A stretch of 64,000 nt of DNA from Gemmatimonadales bacterium (lineage in GTDB: Bacteria; Gemmatimonadota; Gemmatimonadetes; Gemmatimonadales; Gemmatimonadaceae), in the NCBI GenBank assembly GCA_038323865.1, contig JBBQHJ010000003.1, forward strand, positions 1,385 to 65,384, given 5' to 3'. The position numbers and the translations under genes are program-made. Positions 1 to 7,866 of the stretch are shown here, one piece after another; positions within the stretch are counted from its first letter, which is position 1, and the number at the start of each line of letters is the position of its first letter. A model generated the notes under the pieces. The model was given only the letters and a program-made list of their open reading frames with translations, searched no databases and was not told the DNA's origin.

Positions 1-1
1 G

Positions 2-382
2 TTCTTTGTCGGCACACTCATGTACGTTGCGCCAGAGGCGCTGTCGGGTGAGCTCGTATCTCCCGCTGCCGATCAATACAGTTTAGCAACCATCGCATAT
101 CTGTTGCTCACCGGGTGTCTCCCGTTCACGGCAAAGACCCCCCGTGAAATGTTTTCGCAGTTGCTTTCACAGCCGCCGATCCCCCTAAATGCTGCTCGTC
201 CAAACCTGCGCTTCTCTGCCGCAGTTGAGCAGGTGATCATGCGAGGGCTAAGCAAGGATCCTCGTCAGCGTTATACCGATACCGTATCGTTTGCCAAAGA
301 TCTGGTCGAAGCCTTATCGAAGGCCGAGGCGCCATCGAAGAGCGGAATTTTCTCCCGGGTTAAGGACATTTTTAAGCGCTAA
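2..382 (+). CDS. Ser/Thr protein kinase, C-terminal fragment (5' end outside window)
   Basis: Frame is open from the window edge. FFVGTLMYVAPE matches kinase subdomain VIII (G-T-x-x-Y-x-A-P-E), followed by DQYSLA and KDPxxR subdomain IX/XI-like motifs. TAA stop at 380-382. Confidence 0.75.
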   Translation, partial: FFVGTLMYVAPEALSGELVSPAADQYSLATIAYLLLTGCLPFTAKTPREMFSQLLSQPPIPLNAARPNLRFSAAVEQVIMRGLSKDPRQRYTDTVSFAKDLVEALSKAEAPSKSGIFSRVKDIFKR

Positions 383-2075
383 CGGGTGGGTCTGCTGTTG
401 GTGACAGGACGGGGTCACGGACAAGGTCCGCTGCATTGACAGCAAGCCACACTGTAAATGTGCTCCCTCGCCCTAGTTCGCTTTCGACACTGATCTCTCC
501 ACCAAGCACTCGGGCCAGTCGACGAGAAATAGCGAGTCCAAGACCCGTTCCGCGATTCATCGAATCGCCTCGTGGACCTGCATTGACTTGCTCGAATTCA
601 TCAAAGATGCGCTCCAGATCATCGCGCGCGATTCCCACGCCCGTATCCACAACTTGTAGCGCAATCCAACTACCAGCCTTTGGCGCTCGTGCAACCGGCT
701 CGTCACCTGAGACGGCAACTCCCGCTCCGGACCGCGGTGCATCCGTGACTAACCGTGCTCGAATGGAAATAGTACCATTCTGCGTATATTTGACGGCGTT
801 ACCGATCAGGTTGATGAGGATTTGACGAAGATGGGCCGGGTCGGTGCGTACCCGCGGAAGGGACGCTCCCACCGTAATGGAAAACGACAGTCCTTTTTCG
901 CTCACAAGTGATTCGAGTTCACTCGCGATATTCAGGACAAACGGCCTGAGAACAATCGTCTCGGCATGCACCTCGAGCCGCCCGGCCGCAATCTTTGCAA
1001 TATCGAGTACTTGATCTACCAAATGGCGGAGATGTGTCGCGGACGCGGCAATCCGGTCGACTGGAGGGACCTGACGAGGTGATAGGTCTCCGTAAAATCC
1101 CTCACGAAGCAGCTCGACAAAACCAACAATCGCATTCAGCGGCGTCCGTAGTTCATGCGAGACGTTCGCCAGGAACTCGCTCTTTGCCTGATTGGCTCGT
1201 TTGACGTCACTATAGAGCCGTTCGAGTTCGCTTGACCGTCCCGCTGCCTCGATTGCGCGTTGTTGCTCACGCAATAGACCTCGCGCTAGGAAAAGCACGC
1301 CCAAGATACCAAGGGCCCACACAGCCCAACGAAGACTTCGCGCTGTCAGCGCGTGCGTTGATCTGAGAATCCACGTACCGCCATTCGGCAGCTTAATTGT
1401 ACGTTCCGCCTCGTTTAGCGCCTGCGCCATGCCCTCAGGATCACCAAGCAGGGCAAGCGTGTCCCCACTGGCCAAAATGGAAAGGCTCACCCGACTGGAG
1501 ATATCGAGCCTCATCAGCCGGCGGCGAAGATCTTCCGGTCTAACTACCAGACCGATTGTGCCACGACGCTTTCCGTCCGGCGCGGGAATCCCATTTACAA
1601 AGACGATCGATTGAACCCGCCCGGTGTGCGCGAGTGTTACAAAACGACTGTTCGCGGCAACCTGGTAGGCGCTGTCAACACGCGCGCTATCGTTTCTTGA
1701 GAGAATACGACGTATTCCAGAACCATCCGCAATCCACAATCCGCGCAGGTCTGTTCGTTGTTGAATCAGTGTGATGATTTCATCGGGGAGGTTGGGCTTC
1801 CCCGACTCCGTATCCCAGTGCAGGTTTGCCTTGATGCGCTCAAGGAGAGCCGCTTCTTCGTTGACAAACGCTTCAGCGAGCAAGCTCGCTGCTTGCGCAT
1901 CGAGCTTCGTCTGGTCGTGATTCGCCTGGAGGAGTGCCCGATCCAAAAGTAGTAGACCACACACAAGAACCAGAAACACGGCGCCCAGAAAGCGGGAAAA
2001 CAGGCCCAGTCCGAGATTTCTGTTGTCGCCAGTTCCTCCGGATATTCCGGAAAACCCTGAATCTCTTAAGTCCAT
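372..2075 (-). CDS. Sensor histidine kinase (two TM segments, HisKA + HATPase_c)
   Basis: 567-aa ORF. H-box SEFLANVSHELRTPLNAI; N/G boxes (LINLIGNAVKYT, DTGVGI, GTGLGLAI); two hydrophobic segments flank a periplasmic-type region. Confidence 0.85.
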   Translation of the reverse strand: MDLRDSGFSGISGGTGDNRNLGLGLFSRFLGAVFLVLVCGLLLLDRALLQANHDQTKLDAQAASLLAEAFVNEEAALLERIKANLHWDTESGKPNLPDEIITLIQQRTDLRGLWIADGSGIRRILSRNDSARVDSAYQVAANSRFVTLAHTGRVQSIVFVNGIPAPDGKRRGTIGLVVRPEDLRRRLMRLDISSRVSLSILASGDTLALLGDPEGMAQALNEAERTIKLPNGGTWILRSTHALTARSLRWAVWALGILGVLFLARGLLREQQRAIEAAGRSSELERLYSDVKRANQAKSEFLANVSHELRTPLNAIVGFVELLREGFYGDLSPRQVPPVDRIAASATHLRHLVDQVLDIAKIAAGRLEVHAETIVLRPFVLNIASELESLVSEKGLSFSITVGASLPRVRTDPAHLRQILINLIGNAVKYTQNGTISIRARLVTDAPRSGAGVAVSGDEPVARAPKAGSWIALQVVDTGVGIARDDLERIFDEFEQVNAGPRGDSMNRGTGLGLAISRRLARVLGGEISVESELGRGSTFTVWLAVNAADLVRDPVLSPTADPPVSA

Positions 2076-2643
2076 GGCTCTCAGGAATGACCATCATCAG
2101 CTCGTCGCACTTCTCGCAAAACGATCCGCACGGCGGGGGCAGTTCACACTCGCCTCGGGACGGCAATCAACTTTATACATCGATGCACGATTGACCACAA
2201 TGAGCCCTGATGGTCTATCGCTCATCGGGCCACTTGCCTTGAACGCTATTTCCTCGAAATGGAATCCGGATGCGATCGGAGGGCTGACGCTTGGTGCCGA
2301 TCCAATCAGTTATGCCATTGCCTATGCGAGTGCAGCGACGTCGAAGCCATTGCGAGCCTTTACCGTTCGAAAAGAAGCCAAGACCCATGGAACTGGCCGG
2401 CTTATTGAGGGTCCATTTGAGACCAACGATCGAGTTGTCGTAATCGAAGATGTAATTACCACCGGTGGATCAGCGCTTCGTGCCATTGGCGCTTTACAGA
2501 CTGTCGGTGCGACGGTTCTCGGAGTGTTAGCACTCGTCGATCGTGAGGAGGGTGGTCACGAAGCAATTGAACAATCCGGAGTTTCCGTACTGTCCTTGGT
2601 GACCGCGCACCAGATTATTTCGGAAATGGCATTATCGAAGTGA
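2074..2643 (+). CDS. pyrE: Orotate phosphoribosyltransferase
   Basis: FTLASGRQSTLYIDARL and the PRPP-binding loop VVVIEDVITTGGS. Start placed at ATG 2074 (MALRND...); the track ORF begins at TTG 2023. Confidence 0.85.
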   Translation: MALRNDHHQLVALLAKRSARRGQFTLASGRQSTLYIDARLTTMSPDGLSLIGPLALNAISSKWNPDAIGGLTLGADPISYAIAYASAATSKPLRAFTVRKEAKTHGTGRLIEGPFETNDRVVVIEDVITTGGSALRAIGALQTVGATVLGVLALVDREEGGHEAIEQSGVSVLSLVTAHQIISEMALSK

Positions 2644-3567
2644 CGGTGGAAGGCCAAGCGGGTGGAACTCGATCAATTTGTCCCGATACGGAAGTACCAG
2701 CTCTCGACGAAAATATTCAAGCATGCCCGCCCCGTCATATTGCGTTCTGAATGTGCCTGCCGTCATGTTGAGAACGCCTCGTACATGTCTGCCAAAACTC
2801 TGTGGAGAGCTATACTCGAGGTGATTCGACACGTTCGCAATTGAAAAGCCGGCATTCTCAAAGAGGCGTGCAGCTCGGACAAGTCTTGCGGCGGCTAGAT
2901 AGTCTTTTGGCGTTGGAAGGTCCATCCGAAAGAATCTGCTCATCAGTGTGCTTGGGAGGACACCGAGTTCACGACTGAAAACAGTGATACTCGTAATACG
3001 CGCCGGACACGTGAAGAGCAGTTCTAGAAACTTCCAGCAGTCGTCAGTGATTCCTGGTAGATCGATAAGAAGTTGACTAATGGCAATACGCTGGATGCTT
3101 TGCCCCGCGTCCGCCATCAGAGCACCCCGTAGTTCTCTCCATCCGTTTGGTGTTCGCACGTCAACCAGCCTATTTACCCCACTCCGACCAAGTGCAAGTA
3201 CTGTTTGCGCACTTTTCGCCTCTAGCTCTGTTAGCAAGGCAACGGCTGGGATACGAGGAAATTCACGAACGAATGAACCAATCCTGATAGGCTGGCTTGT
3301 CGCGTATGCAACCGAAACGAGGATTGCATGTACCTGATGAGCCTTTGCATCTACAATTAGATCTTCAACGCATTCTCGGTGAAGCGTCTGATAGAAACCT
3401 TCTCCGGCAGCATCGACACGGGTTCGTTCTGCTGGTGTAAGCAAAGTTGAGATGGGCAGTAGCTCACTCGTCTTTTCATCGGGCATGAGAGTGTCCTCGT
3501 AATTAGCGAGAATAGGGGCGCCTTTGGCTGATTGAGCCGTACACTCACGGTACGGTAAGCGCGTCAT
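2632..3567 (-). CDS. AraC-family transcriptional regulator
   Basis: 311-aa ORF with a C-terminal AraC-type double HTH (LGVLPSTLMSRFF...IANVSNHLEYSSPQSFGRHVRGVLNMTAGTFR). Confidence 0.7.
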   Translation of the reverse strand: MTRLPYRECTAQSAKGAPILANYEDTLMPDEKTSELLPISTLLTPAERTRVDAAGEGFYQTLHRECVEDLIVDAKAHQVHAILVSVAYATSQPIRIGSFVREFPRIPAVALLTELEAKSAQTVLALGRSGVNRLVDVRTPNGWRELRGALMADAGQSIQRIAISQLLIDLPGITDDCWKFLELLFTCPARITSITVFSRELGVLPSTLMSRFFRMDLPTPKDYLAAARLVRAARLFENAGFSIANVSNHLEYSSPQSFGRHVRGVLNMTAGTFRTQYDGAGMLEYFRRELVLPYRDKLIEFHPLGLPPSLR

Positions 3568-3637
3568 ATGCGCGTCACCTTATTTCTGCTTGACCCCTTC
3601 AATTCTCTCAGGCAGCGATAGATTGATACCCGAGAGG

Positions 3638-4013
3638 GAAGAGTTATCAGCTGGACGATCGCGAGCCTTGGCTCGAGGAAAGTCCGGGCTCCATAGAGCA
3701 TGCTGCCAGGTAATACCTGGGCAATGTCTTATGGCATTGACGGATCAGTGCAGCAGAAAATAAACCGCCGGCATTATTATGATGCCGGTAAGGGTGAAAT
3801 GGTGAGGTAAGAGCTCACCGCAGAATTAGTAATAATTCTGGCTTGGCAAACCCCAGCAGGAGCAAGGTCAAATAGGCAGCGAGGGACTGCTCATCCCGAT
3901 CGAAGCTGCGGGTAGACTGCTTGAGAATGCAGGTAAACTGCATTCCTAGAGGAATGATCGTCCGAGCAGTTTTTCGCTCGACAAAACCCGGCTTACGGGC
4001 TGATAGCTCTCTC
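3638..4013 (+). ncRNA. rnpB: RNase P RNA (bacterial type A)
   Basis: Universal P4 motif GAGGAAAGTCCGGGCTCCATAG at ~3675. GGTAAGGGTGAAATGGTGAGGTAAGAGCTCACC and ACAAAACCCGGCTTA match M1 RNA blocks. The P1 helix pairs 3640-3651 (AGAGTTATCAGC) with 3999-4010 (GCTGATAGCTCT). Ends are +/- a few nt. Confidence 0.9.
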
Positions 4014-4058
4014 TTTCTTCTCTTCCCCTCAGATCCCAACTTACTGCTTGGTTTCTTT

Positions 4059-4097
4059 CAGAATTAGTAGCATTAAAAACATAAAGTACTAATTCTG
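4059..4097. terminator. AT-rich 11-bp perfect inverted repeat between rnpB and the 3' end of dnaN (possible bidirectional terminator)
   Basis: CAGAATTAGTA (4059-4069) and TACTAATTCTG (4087-4097) are exact reverse complements with a 17-nt A-rich loop. No clear U-tract on either strand. Confidence 0.35.
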
Positions 4098-4107
4098 CCG
4101 GTACGAC

Positions 4108-5223
4108 TTAGTCGACTAGACGGAGCGGCATCACCAGGCACAAGTATGAGGACGGATCTTTCCAGCCTTCCGGTTCAACAGTTGCGGCACGTTCGGGCGC
4201 TTTGAATGTAAGCCGAACTTCTTCTGTTGGGATATAGCGGAGAATCTCCAGGAGATAGCTCGCATTAAATCCGATATCTAACGGATCACCGTTATAGCGA
4301 ACTGCAAGTTCGTCAGTGGCCTCGCCGAGATCTGGGGTTTGAACGCTAAAACGAAGCATCCCCGCATTGAATGAAAGACGGATTCGGTGGGTTTGATCCG
4401 ATGCAATAACCGACATACGTTTTAGAGCGCTCGTAAGGGCAATCTTGTCAGCAATGGCGACACGATCATTGTCCTTTGGAATGACCTGGTCATAATTCGG
4501 ATACGGCCCTTCGATGAGTCGAGTAAACACAGCGGTGAACGGCGACCGAAACCCTAGATGATTTTCTCCCCGAGCAATTTCCAATTCTTCATCGGCGGGA
4601 AATAATCGACGTACCTGTTCAAGTGCCTTCGGTGGAACAATTAAATCACTTGAAGGTGCACCACTGGCTTTTATCCCGAGCTCCATCTTGGCTAAACGAT
4701 GACCATTTGTTGCGACCATCCGCATTGATTCCGGGTGCAGTTCCCAAAGTACGCCATTAAGAATTGGGCGGCTTTCTTCCGTACTGACTGCAAATGCTGT
4801 ATGAGAAATAAGTTTCTGAAGATCGCCGGATCGAATGCGCCAGCTATCCTTGAACTGCACTACTGGAAAGCTCGGAAATTCGTCTTTCGGTAAACCCAGG
4901 ATCTTGAAGTGCGAGCGCCCACAATCAAGCGTAATCCGTTGTTCGCCGGCAGCGGCAATCCGTACAGGTGAAGGCGGTAGTTCTCGAGCAATCTCTGAGA
5001 GCTTCTTTGCCGGGATTGTAATACCTCCGGATGCCTCAACATCAGCTGTCACCTCGGTACTGACTGCAATATCAAGGTCTGTCCCAGAAAGCCGAATACC
5101 CTTGTCCGTTGTCTCGACAAGAATGTTGGCAAGGACCGGCAGAGTTGTCTTGGCTGGAATACTTGCCGCGACAGCTGCCAGACCTTCCTGAAGCTTTTCC
5201 CGGGAAATGGTAAACCGCATCAC
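4108..5223 (-). CDS. dnaN: DNA polymerase III beta sliding clamp
   Basis: 371-aa ORF. MRFTISREKLQEGL...LPVLANILVE...LVMPLRL is typical of DnaN. Lies immediately downstream of dnaA. Confidence 0.95.
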   Translation of the reverse strand: MMRFTISREKLQEGLAAVAASIPAKTTLPVLANILVETTDKGIRLSGTDLDIAVSTEVTADVEASGGITIPAKKLSEIARELPPSPVRIAAAGEQRITLDCGRSHFKILGLPKDEFPSFPVVQFKDSWRIRSGDLQKLISHTAFAVSTEESRPILNGVLWELHPESMRMVATNGHRLAKMELGIKASGAPSSDLIVPPKALEQVRRLFPADEELEIARGENHLGFRSPFTAVFTRLIEGPYPNYDQVIPKDNDRVAIADKIALTSALKRMSVIASDQTHRIRLSFNAGMLRFSVQTPDLGEATDELAVRYNGDPLDIGFNASYLLEILRYIPTEEVRLTFKAPERAATVEPEGWKDPSSYLCLVMPLRLVD

Positions 5224-5470
5224 TGCTCCTATACCGAGTTGTGTTGTGGAAACCGTCGTTTTCTATTCTACTATCCTATTTGAGAATCAAATAAGTAGTA
5301 GTCGTAGAGTATGTTCAAAGATGTAGATAGCCAGCTAAGTATATATCTGAAGCTAGTTTAGCTGACGACTAACCCTGTGGAAAGAATGTAGGGAATCTCA
5401 TTTATCTACAAAAGAGGGACGTTTGAATAGAGAAACTTGTGTAGAACCAGATAAATGTGTGGATTCTTTC
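5224..5470. other. Candidate oriC (AT-rich dnaA-dnaN spacer with DnaA-box-like 9-mers and an AT-rich palindrome)
   Basis: By eye the most AT-rich stretch of the window. Boxes: TGTGGAAAC 5245-5253, TGTAGATAG 5322-5330, TGTGGAAAG 5376-5384, TTATCTACA 5402-5410, TGTGGATTC 5457-5465 (consensus TTATCCACA/TGTGGATAA). Imperfect AT-rich palindrome at 5268-5301. Gene orientation switches around here. Confidence 0.6.
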
Positions 5471-6859
5471 CTATCCAGTAAGAGCCTCAAATTCACTACG
5501 AAGCTTTCCCACTCGGTGAGCAAAGCCAGGCTCTTCACGCATTGAGCTAGTGACTCGCTCTAGACTATGAATAACTGTTGAGTGATCTCGTCCACCAAAA
5601 GCGGACCCAATCTCTACTAACTGCATTCCAAGAAGCTCACGCATGAAATGCATTGCTACTTGACGAGGTGCGGTAAGTGCCTTTGTTCGTACTTTTGATC
5701 GTAATCCTTCAGCTGTTACGCCCCATTCTCGAGCCACAGCTCCTTGAATCAATTCGACGGAGAGGCCACCAGACACCGTCGCGGTTAGATCGGTTGGGCG
5801 CAGTTTGTCACGAAGCGCTTCTCGTGCAACGTCTACCGTAATCTCACGGTGCTTCAGTGAAGCATATGCGAGAAGCTTAATAATGGATCCTTCAAGCTCT
5901 CGCACGCTTGATCGAACATGCTCTGCAATAAACCGGATGACATCATCTGGAATTGTGAGCTCCAAATGGTCAAGAAGGGCTTTATTCCGAAGAATTGCGA
6001 TCCGATGTTCGAGATCAGGGGTCTCGATATCAGCAACCATTCCCCATTGGAAGCGGCTGACGAGACGAGCCTCAAGACCAGGAATCTCTGAAGGTGGTCG
6101 ATCACTAGTTAGAACAATCTGCCGGCCGGCCTCATAGAGCGCGTTGAAAGTATGGAAAAACTCCTCTTGGGTTGCTTCTTTGCCTTTCAAAAACTGCACA
6201 TCGTCAACGAGTAAAAGATCTGTTTCACGATAGCGCCGACGAAAATCAGGCATCGAGCGATTCTGGATTGACCCAATCATCTCATTAGTAAATTGTTCTG
6301 TTCCGATATACGTGATCCGAGTCTCTGGTCGATGCGACAACACGTCGTGTGCTACAGCCTGCATCAAGTGTGTCTTACCAAGTCCAGTAGCACCGTATAG
6401 AAAAAGAGGGTTATAAACTCGACCAGGCGCCTGAGCAATAGCATGAGCCGCAGCAGCCGCTAACTCGTTCGATTTACCGATTACGAAATGACCAAAGGTG
6501 TATCGGTCACTCAGTGCTGCTATATTATTGGCGCCATTCTGGCGTATTGGTGATTCCATCTTAGGTATCGGTGCCACGAAAAAATCCATCTGGTTTCTTG
6601 TTTTCCGTTCTTCGTGAACTTGAAAAACAATCCTCAGCGGATGCCCCAAGACAATGGGTGCAAGCTGACTTAGGAACTCAGCATGCTTTGTCTCATTCCA
6701 ATCAGCTGCAAATCGATCGGGCGAGCCGACAAGGAGACGGTCATCCTCTAGGGCTAGTGGCTCAGTAGGCTCGAGCCATGTGCGGAATGTTTGCTCCGAC
6801 AACTCTTGGCGGGCGCGATCGAGGATGCGAGTCCAAACTTCTGTCGCCGAAAGCGTCAT
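5471..6859 (-). CDS. dnaA: Chromosomal replication initiator DnaA
   Basis: Walker A GATGLGKTHL, LLVDDVQFL, a sensor/arginine region, and the C-terminal DNA-binding helix GGRDHSTVIHS. Start placed at ATG 6859 (MTLSATEVWTRIL...); the track ORF extends to 6955. Confidence 0.95.
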   Translation of the reverse strand: MTLSATEVWTRILDRARQELSEQTFRTWLEPTEPLALEDDRLLVGSPDRFAADWNETKHAEFLSQLAPIVLGHPLRIVFQVHEERKTRNQMDFFVAPIPKMESPIRQNGANNIAALSDRYTFGHFVIGKSNELAAAAAHAIAQAPGRVYNPLFLYGATGLGKTHLMQAVAHDVLSHRPETRITYIGTEQFTNEMIGSIQNRSMPDFRRRYRETDLLLVDDVQFLKGKEATQEEFFHTFNALYEAGRQIVLTSDRPPSEIPGLEARLVSRFQWGMVADIETPDLEHRIAILRNKALLDHLELTIPDDVIRFIAEHVRSSVRELEGSIIKLLAYASLKHREITVDVAREALRDKLRPTDLTATVSGGLSVELIQGAVAREWGVTAEGLRSKVRTKALTAPRQVAMHFMRELLGMQLVEIGSAFGGRDHSTVIHSLERVTSSMREEPGFAHRVGKLRSEFEALTG

Positions 6860-6869
6860 TGATGCCGGA

Positions 6870-6920
6870 TGTGGAAAACTCCAAGGAGGGGGAGCGAAAC
6901 TATCCGTGTCATGTGGAAAA
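6870..6920. promoter_or_regulatory. Two identical DnaA boxes (TGTGGAAAA = TTTTCCACA) just upstream of dnaA
   Basis: The exact 9-mer TGTGGAAAA occurs at 6870-6878 and 6912-6920, one mismatch from TTATCCACA. The boxes lie 11 and 53 nt upstream of the proposed dnaA start. Confidence 0.5.
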
Positions 6921-7083
6921 AGCAAATGGTTCAATGCGGACTTGCCCGGACACACGATCTCGGACTAATGCATCCTGGCGAGCGATAGCTAGACGCTTGC
7001 TACAGCTTGACTTATGAGCATCGAGTTACTACCGTTCCGAGTCTGTATCACGAACTGATTTAGTCCGTATCTGGAGTCTGTTT

Positions 7084-7248
7084 ATGGGAAAGCCAACATA
7101 TCGGCCGCGTAACACGCGACGCCTGAAGACGCACGGATTCCGTGCACGGATGGAAACGAAGTGGGGCCGTGCCACACTGGCCCGTCGACGCAAGAAAGGC
7201 CGTAAGCAGCTGACGGTCCGGATCCCGGACAAGTACGCCGGAGCCTGA
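7084..7248 (+). CDS. rpmH: 50S ribosomal protein L34
   Basis: Not in the ORF track (54 aa). Translation [45 protein letters not shown]... is canonical L34. Classic rpmH-rnpA arrangement. Confidence 0.95.
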   Translation: MGKPTYRPRNTRRLKTHGFRARMETKWGRATLARRRKKGRKQLTVRIPDKYAGA

Positions 7249-7258
7249 TTCAGCGCTC

Positions 7259-7621
7259 GTGTCTTCAGGATTCCCGCGTGAGTGTCGGATCACGCGTGGT
7301 CCGGATCTACAGCGCATGTTACGAGAGGGGAAGCGCATTCGGACGAGATTTCTCGACGTCCGATTCAGCGTTTCCCCTTTTCCGCATCCAGGTAAGTCGA
7401 GGATCGGGCTCATCGTCCCAAAGGCAAAACATTCGGCAGTCGAACGAAACAAGCTGAAGCGCCGGCTCCGCGAACTTGCACGTACTGTGCTGATACCAGG
7501 AAAACCGTCGCACGACATCGTCCTGATCGCGCGGGCTACTACATATGACGCGACCTTTGAGTTACTCCGTCTCGACATAGACCGGATAGGTCACGAGCTG
7601 CAACCGGGTAACGAGAGCTAG
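7259..7621 (+). CDS. rnpA: RNase P protein component
   Basis: 120-aa basic ORF directly after rpmH. The RNR-like motif AVERNKLKRRLRE is present. GTG start. Confidence 0.85.
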   Translation: MSSGFPRECRITRGPDLQRMLREGKRIRTRFLDVRFSVSPFPHPGKSRIGLIVPKAKHSAVERNKLKRRLRELARTVLIPGKPSHDIVLIARATTYDATFELLRLDIDRIGHELQPGNES

Positions 7622-7628
7622 ACCCCTG

Positions 7629-7838
7629 ATGAAGACACTTCTCGTATTGTTCGTACGAGGCTATCAGGTCTCACTTGGACATCTCATGCCTCCCAGCTGC
7701 CGCTATTATCCGAGTTGCTCTGCATATGCGATTGAAGCACTGGAGCGACATGGAGCAATGCGAGGCAGCTGGCTTACCATCAAACGAATCGGTCGGTGCC
7801 ATCCCTTTCGTCCCGGCGGATATGACCCGGTTCCGTGA
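7629..7838 (+). CDS. yidD: Membrane protein insertion efficiency factor YidD
   Basis: 69 aa with CRYYPSCSAYAIEALERHG...RCHPFRPGGYDPVP, the YidD signature. Confidence 0.9.
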   Translation: MKTLLVLFVRGYQVSLGHLMPPSCRYYPSCSAYAIEALERHGAMRGSWLTIKRIGRCHPFRPGGYDPVP

Positions 7839-7866
7839 CGACAGCTAGAGGCAACACCACTATCTC

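Noticed and set aside
3815-4039. 74-aa minus-strand ORF.
   Set aside because: It lies entirely inside the RNase P RNA gene.
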